The position numbers and the translations under genes are program-made. This document shows positions 38,230 to 45,132 of a stretch of DNA of 45,132 nucleotides, piece after piece. The stretch comes from Octopus sinensis (Eukaryota), in assembly GCF_006345805.1 (NCBI RefSeq), contig NW_021826257.1:1-45132 (forward strand). Reading direction: 5' to 3'. The notes below the pieces were generated by a model, which made no database searches, had not been told where the DNA came from, and saw nothing but the letters and a program-made list of their open reading frames with translations. Numbering within the stretch: position 1 is the first letter of the stretch; every line of letters starts with the position of its first letter.

Positions 38230-38585
38230 GTTAAAGCGGCGAGCTGGTAGAATCGTTAGCACGCCGGGCGAAATGCTTCGCGGTATTTCGTCTGCCGTTA
38301 CGTTCTGAGTTCAAAATTCGCCGAGGTCGACTTTGCCTTTCATCCTTTCGGGGTTGATAAATTAAGTACCAGTTAAACACTGGGGTCGATGTAATCGACT
38401 TAATCCGTTTGTCTGTCCTTGTTTGTCCTCTCTGTGTTTAGCCCCTTGTGGGTAGTAAAGAAATAGGTATTTCTCTTTCTCTTTCGAGGTCGATAAATTA
38501 AGTACCAGTTTCGCACTGGGATCGGTGTAATCGACTAGTTTCCTCCCCCGCAATTTCAGACTTTGTGCCTATAGCAGAAAGGAAT
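37775..38585 (+). mobile_element. Cluster of four same-orientation SINE family B or B-like copies
   Basis: Units at ~37775-37950, 37975-38180, 38234-38470 (full length) and 38485-38585, with two alternative 3' ends. Confidence 0.85.
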
Positions 38586-40610
38586 ATTATTGTTGTTGTT
38601 GCTACTTGGAAAGTGTGTGCCGGATGAAATGCTAGGGGCTCTATTGTTACGTCCCTTGATGCTCTGAATTGAAAATCTGCCGAGTATCGATATTTACCTC
38701 TCATCTGAACCACCGACTGTTTTATCGTTGTTCAGGAGGTGGTGTGACAGCATTAAATTATTCAAATGCCGGACCAAATGTCTTGGTCCATTAGGTTAGG
38801 GTCCTTTACGTTCAGGGCTCAAATCCGTTCGAGTTGAACTCTTTGCCCTTCCCTCCTCCTCTTTTTTCATTCTTCCTTGATCGGTGCTAAAATAAATATC
38901 ATATCACGAACAAAGAAATATTGTGACTGTTGGTGGTAGCTCTACGTGGACATACTTCTTGCTAGAAATAGTAGCCAAAAGCCCCTCAAAAATATACACT
39001 AGTGTTTCAAATAACGAAGGAAGTATTTAACAATGGACTCATTGGGCTGGGAAGCTTTTGATCAATTTGGTCTGTATTTGGGATTGGGGTGGGGTATAAT
39101 CATTCTAAATAATAATATTCACGAATATAACCTTAGAGGGAGATAAGTGGTGACTTGCCGTAGACAGAGGTCGATTCGGTGCATGTTTGTAGTGGTGTCC
39201 TTAAGGAGATGACGGGCTGTACTCAAAGTATTTAGATATGTATATTCGTCTCACAAGTACACACATATGGTACCAAGACCCTTCGTATCGTCTACATCGA
39301 TGAGTTCAGAGATTTATAGATGGCTGTTTGACGTGCAAAAAACCCCCCCCCAAAAAAGCCAAATTTTTGTTCATATAAATTCTTTAAGCGAAGACAAGAT
39401 GATCACAACTGGAAGGGCTTTGATCATAGAGCCGTTCGAATGGTACTGATTTGAGGCTAAGCAATAGCAGCGCGGTCGCTCAACCTGCTGCTGCTAGAAA
39501 CAACAGTCAGATGATGCTGAATTTATATACAAGGACCAATGCTTGAAAACGGTTAGTGGGGGACACATCGGGGAATGTAGTAAAGGAAAATAGAAAGACA
39601 AAAACAGAAATACAATAACGCAATACGGGATGGTCATGATTTCAATACCTTTGAAGAGAGGTCTATGATCTAGGGCCAAAATAAATAAATAAATAAAATA
39701 AAAATAAATGGGTCCACACATCAACGAACTTCAAGTGATATAGCACCACCAACGAGACGTTAATACTTCCTCTCAAATTACACACTACAATTTTTATTTT
39801 TTTCATTTTTAATTTTTGTTTGTAGGAAGGGCATATTCGATAATGGAGCCCTAGACACACTGTCTGGAAAAATGAATAAAAAACGGGATTTTTCAGGTTG
39901 GGAATGCCTTTGATGATTAGGTCTGGTCAATCAAAGCTAAGCTGCGATTAAACAACAGTCGGCTTCTTCGTCGTATATTTGATAGAAAGCTTCTCCCTTA
40001 AAACCACACCTACAATATTAAGGAAGGAAATATTAAAATAGGACTACGGTCACTGGGAAATATGCGTAGCTTTAAGAAGTGCCTGAAAGAAACAGCGAGG
40101 TAGTTATTAGTTTCTTTGGCGTTATACATCTTCGAAAGAAGTGTTTAAAGAGTTGTTTTCATTAAGATACGAAACTAACGGTTGTAAACGTTAAAATTTT
40201 ACATTCCATACGGTATTGTATATGTGAAGGTGTGTTGTTGGCAATATGCTGCTATCTTTCATTTTATGTCGGTAAATTTCGATATAACTGTTAAATGAAA
40301 TAAACAAATTCTTTGGGTTTTTTTTTTTAATGTTGAGTTTAATATCTTTCAACGACGACCGGTGTACACTTTAAAATTTACAACGAAAAACGTTGCCGCG
40401 TAGAACACAAAACACCGTTATCCAATAGGTCAGACGCTCTGAAATTGACCAGGTTTTTACTTCAAGCGCGGCCACCTCATGGTCCCATTTTTCAGGGCTG
40501 ACAAGAAAGTCCGAGCATGAAAACCTACCCCAGTGCAAAAAAACAAAACAAAAAAACACCAGTATTTCGTCATAAACCACTTATCCTGGAATAGTGAGGG
40601 AAAAACTCTT

Positions 40611-40652
<42 letters not shown>

Positions 40653-40700
40653 TCTATCTTTGTTAACAGTTGTGTATAGATACATATTTATATGTGTGTG

Positions 40701-40909
40701 TATTCTTTTATTCTTTTACTTGTTTCAGCCATTTGAGTGCGGCCGTGCTGGAGCATCCCCTTTAGTCGAACAAATTGACCCCAGGACTTATTCTTTATAA
40801 GCCTAGTACTTATTCTATCGGTTTCTCTTGCCGAACCGCTGTTTCGTGGAAGTAAACACACCAACATCGGTTGTCAAGCGATGGTGAGGGTACAAACGCA
40901 GACACACAA

Positions 40910-40950
<41 letters not shown>

Positions 40951-41130
40951 ACACACACACACACATGTTATTATATATATATATATATATATACACGCGA
41001 CGGGCTTCTTTCAGTTTCTGTCTAGCAAATCCACTTACAAGGCTTTGGTCAGCCTGAGGCTATAGTAGGTGCCACGCCGTGGAACTGAACCCGGAACTAT
41101 GTGGCTGGGAAGCAAGCTTCTTACGACACA
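40701..41130 (-). mobile_element. SINE family A, near full length
   Basis: TATTCTTTTATTCTTTTACTTGTTTCAGCC tail and GAACTGAACCCGGAAC head in reverse complement. Confidence 0.85.
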
Positions 41131-41165
41131 CCCAATATATACACACATATGCATACATATAAATA

Positions 41166-41197
<32 letters not shown>

Positions 41198-41475
41198 ATT
41201 AATTGTGTGTAGATACATACATAGTTTGTGCGTGTGTGTATGTATATATATGTATGTGTGTATGTATTTGAGTATGTACATTTACATTTGTATGTGTACA
41301 CAAAAAACGTGTGTGTATTTACACATATCTATATAACTGTACACTATAATTACTTATACACACCCACACACATACGCATAGCCCTGTGCACAAATTCCAC
41401 AAAATTGTATACATGTATTTCCTACTGTGTGTCAAACTATGTAATAATCTATCTTAATAGATAAATTATCGCAAG

Positions 41476-41525
<50 letters not shown>

Positions 41526-41527
<2 letters not shown>

Positions 41528-41720
41528 TTAGAAAAAACACCTTTTATCAATTCAAAATGAACATAAAATTACACCATCTAGAAAATTTCATATAATAGAA
41601 ATATTAAAATAAAATATATTATTGTTATTTTATTTTTAATATTTCTATTATGTGAAATTTTCTAGATGGTGTAATTTTATTGTTCATTTTGAATTGATAA
41701 AAGGTGGTTTTTTTCTAATT
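41526..41720. repeat. AT-rich near-perfect palindrome (~195 bp) next to (TA)n
   Basis: AATTAGAAAAAACACCTTTTATCAATTCAAAATGAAC... pairs with ...GTTCATTTTGAATTGATAAAAGGTGGTTTTTTTCTAATT; very short spacer. Confidence 0.9.
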
Positions 41721-41914
41721 TTTATCTATATATTATATTTTGTAGAATTGATTTAGTATTTCTAAATTGAATTTTTCCCTGTAAGTTAGGAATAATATTC
41801 CCTCAAATTATTATTATTACAATATATATTTATACAAACCCACAGGTAACAGCCCCCAATATACGCACATAGCACGAAACCAACAGTTTTAAATGGGTGG
41901 TATTTCTCTATCAT

Positions 41915-42044
41915 TACCAGTACATGGCTATATTTAATCGATCTTTGTGGAATGAAAGGCAAACTTGACCTCTGCGGGATTCGATCTCAGAACAGAAAAA
42001 CCCGAGCGAAATATTGCAAAGTATTTTCCGACGGCTTTCTTATC

Positions 42045-42077
<33 letters not shown>

Positions 42078-42230
42078 TGATATTTCAAAATTTGGCAAAC
42101 GTCCAGCAATTTCGAGGGAGGGGCTAAGTCGATTAAATTGATCCTAGTACTCAACTGGTACTAATCCCAGAAAAAAAAATGAAAGGTAAAATCGACCTCA
42201 GCGGAATTTGAAATCAGGACCCCAAATCCG
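41915..42230 (-). mobile_element. Two diverged SINE family B-like fragments
   Basis: GAATGAAAGGCAAACTTGACCTC and GAAAGGTAAAATCGACCTCAGCGGAATTTGAA motifs. Confidence 0.7.
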
Positions 42231-42564
42231 ACAGATGTGCGTGTGTGTGAATTGTTGCAGGAATGAATTAAGGAAAAAAAAAAAAAAAGAGACGGATTTA
42301 AAAAAATCTTTCTTTTTTTTTTTCGATCAAATACAAAAAATATGTGCAAAAAACAACAAAAAAACCAATAAAAACGAATAGTGATTAGAAATGTAATGTA
42401 TTGATTCGATGTTGGTGGAATCATAATCGCGACTTGATTTCGAACCCCAGCCGGATTAATTTCCTGCATTATTAATGCTTTATTCAACTAATTCCGCTTG
42501 GAAAATAAATGAAGAAGTGCAACATTCAATTTCCGCTTGCGTGGAATGTTACATATTAAAGGTG

Positions 42565-42581
42565 TGTGTGTGTGTGTTGTG

Positions 42582-42619
<38 letters not shown>

Positions 42620-42921
42620 CACACACATTTATTTGACAAATATGTGTGTGTGGCTGTACTATATAATATATATATATTATATATATATAATATGCGTACA
42701 TGTAACATACATTTGTTGTATATGTTGTATTATATATATATATAATTATATATGTTATATATGTATGTGTATGTATATATATGAATATGTATAAATATGT
42801 ATGTGTATGTATATATATATGAATATGTATAAATATGTATGTGTATGAATATATATATGAATATGTATAAATATGTATGTGTATATGTACATATATATGA
42901 ATATGTATACATATGTATGTG

Positions 42922-42960
<39 letters not shown>

Positions 42961-43104
42961 ATATATGTATATTTGTATATATATATGTATGTATGTATAT
43001 GTATATATATGTATATGTATATATGTATATGTATATATATGTATATGTATATATGTATATGTATATATGTATATGTATATATGTATATGTATATATGTAT
43101 ATGT

Positions 43105-43136
<32 letters not shown>

Positions 43137-43167
43137 GTATATGTGTATGTATATATATATATATGTG

Positions 43168-43205
<38 letters not shown>
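42565..43205. repeat. (TG)n, (TATATG)n and (TA)n compound microsatellite
   Basis: Direct inspection; source of the 238-aa and overlapping ORFs. Confidence 0.95.
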
Positions 43206-43207
<2 letters not shown>

Positions 43208-43231
43208 CGTATGTATCATCATTATTTAATG

Positions 43232-43530
43232 ATTTAATGTCTATTGTCCATGCTGGGTTTGACATTTTAACTAGGCTGTCATGCTTGAAGGCTGTACCGG
43301 ACTCCAGTCTGATATAGCATGATTATCTACGGCCGGATGCCCTTCCTAACGCCAACCACTCCGTGAGTGCAATGGCTGCTTTTACGTGTCTCCGGCACAG
43401 GTACCATTTGAGTGACATCAGTATGTGCGAGTACCAATGTGCGTGGTACCGGTATGTGCCACGAATGCGATTTTGCTCGGCCTAATGTGTCTTCTAAGCG
43501 CGATATAATGAGCAAGGGCCTCAGTCAGTG
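43232..43530 (-). mobile_element. SINE or non-LTR 3'-derived repeat (family D)
   Basis: Contains CTACGGCCGGATGCCCTTCCTAACGCCAACC, a motif I recall from invertebrate SINE/LINE 3' regions; single copy in window. Confidence 0.6.
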
Positions 43531-43549
43531 CCTCAGTGAGGCCCATGTT

Positions 43550-43905
43550 TATATATATATATATATATAATGTATGTATGTATATATGTGTATGTAAATA
43601 TACACACACACACACATATATGTATATATATATAATGTATGTATGTATATATGTGTATGTAAATATACACACACACACACATATGTATATATATATATAA
43701 AATGTATGTATATATGTGTATGTAAATATACACACACACACATATATGTATATGTATATATATATAATGTATGTATGTATATATGTGTATGTAAATACAC
43801 ACACACACACACACACATATATGTATATATATATATATAATGTATGTATATATGTGTATGTAAATATATACACACACATGTATATATACAACATGTATAT
43901 ATATG
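43550..43905. repeat. Minisatellite, ~55-62-bp unit (TA)n-ATGTATGTATGTATATATGTGTATGTAAATATA-(CA)n-TATATG, about 5-6 copies
   Basis: Direct inspection. Confidence 0.9.
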
Positions 43906-44974
43906 TATAGGAAAGGTGTATATAGGATGTTTGTATGAACTGATTAATAGAAATTCCTGTATTTGATGCGAATGCATGGGTGCACATGTAGATAGAATGG
44001 GGGTGTGACATTTTGTTTTAATCTTTTTTTTTTTAGCTCCGGTTAAACTGTAAGAGTTCATTATCAATTGTGTCCGTCGTAGAGACGCAAAAATATTTGG
44101 GTGCAATTTCAGACATGTCCAACGGCCAAGAAGCTGGTCATATCCCCGTTACCTCGAAGGCCGCAAATTTTACGCCACTCCACTGTCCCGAGACACACAC
44201 AGACACCTGTAATGCACACACAGACGCACACTCATAGTGTAAAATATTTCTAATTACGTATAGTGCTATTTTTATTTGAATTAAATAAATATTATATATC
44301 ATACATAAATATAGAAGTAGGTCAAAGAAAATTTTTTCTTCCATATATTTCTCAAGTCTTTCATTTCGCCGATTACTAAACTAGAATTCGTTTGAGAACA
44401 AGGAGGGTACTATTTAGATGTTGCTACAAACAGTAGCCAAAACCACCTTAAATCATAATTTACGGCTGTAGAAAAGGATGGGACATACTCGAAAACGTAG
44501 TCCGCATAAGACGTTGAACATTATCCGCATTTTTAAGAAATATTTCAGTGCATAAAAAAAAAAAAAGGGCAACACGAAGGAAGTAATTCTCACACTTACG
44601 CACCCACATTCACCAAATCCCACATGAAACCACACTCATGTATATATTCGTATACACATATTAAAAATAATGCTTCTCGCACTCTCTTTCTCACACATAC
44701 GTGCATATATACATAGATACATACATACACACACACACATGTAAATTTACTGCATGAAGTATATATCTAAAATATATAAGTATATATAGGAGATGGCTAA
44801 TATAAAAAATGTATATAAAATATAATATTAGTATATAAATATATTTCATACATATATTCTCTGCGCGTATGTGTGTGCGTGTATATACATACATACATAC
44901 ATACATATATATATATGTACATATGGGCAGATCGTTAGATAGATAAATATATGTAACTGTGTATATTTGTGTAT

Positions 44975-45132
44975 CTGTGTTATCCCCACCATCGCTCGAC
45001 AACTAATTTTGGTGTGTTTACATCCACCAAAAGTTAGCGGTTGGGCAAAAGACACCGATTGAATAAGTACTTGGCTTACGAAGAATAAGTTCTGCGGTCG
45101 ATTTGTTCGACTAAAGACCGTAGTCCAGTATG
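44975..45132 (+). mobile_element. SINE family A 3' half, running off the window end
   Basis: CCCCACCATCGCTCGACAAC...GAATAAGTAC...GTCGATTTGTTCGACTAAAG. Confidence 0.8.

Larger units (their letters stand above)
18099..45132 (+). other. Probable large first intron; acceptor not seen in window
   Basis: GTAAGT donor at 18099. No exon encoding a paired-box start (GHGGVNQLGG-like) or other convincing coding exon found downstream by eye. Confidence 0.5.

Noticed and set aside
44115-44236. Candidate exon 2 reading N-MSNGQEAGH after TTTCAG, ending in GH like a paired-domain start
   Set aside because: It continues IPVTSK rather than GGVNQLGG, and the only phase-compatible donor (GTCATA) is non-consensus.
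84-45055. The many YI/IY, CV/VC, HT/TH, MYVC, LS/SL, poly-S, poly-L and poly-V ORFs, including the 314-aa (15058-16002), 238-aa (42549-43265) and 197-aa (43418-44011) ORFs
   Set aside because: They are translations of microsatellites and SINEs that lack stop codons by composition; no domain content.
1-45132. CRISPR arrays, rRNA, operons or prokaryotic systems
   Set aside because: No regularly spaced repeat-spacer array or rRNA-like sequence; the recurring repeats are eukaryotic SINEs and satellites.

Overview
AT-rich eukaryotic DNA, saturated with microsatellites and SINEs. The repeat families resemble those I know from Octopus genomes; this is inference from recalled families, not a database match. 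Almost all ORFs in the supplied track are artefacts of (TA)n, (TATG)n, (CA)n, (GA)n and trinucleotide repeats. The one credible host coding feature is below the track's length cut-off: a 73-nt first coding exon at 18026-18098 (+), MDLSTAYRYHNTNINMMDFYHSCK. It has an AAAC-ATG-G start, an upstream in-frame stop and an AAAA|GTAAGT phase-1 donor. It resembles the N-terminus of lophotrochozoan Pax2/5/8. I found no paired-box exon downstream, so 18099-45132 is probably part of a >27 kb first intron and 1-17000 is upstream DNA. The rest comprises at least four SINE-like families (several with clean target-site duplications), a decayed Penelope-like retroelement (13865-14481, -), a hAT MITE with an 8-bp TSD, and two copies of an unclassified CpG-rich MITE, one flanked by a perfect 50-bp direct repeat. 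There are also many fold-back palindromes and a ~490-bp tandem duplication that may be an assembly artefact. I see no clearly new multi-gene system. The most unusual signals are the 50-bp-duplication MITE, the palindromes, the tail-swapped SINE and the structured 5' leader of the putative Pax gene.
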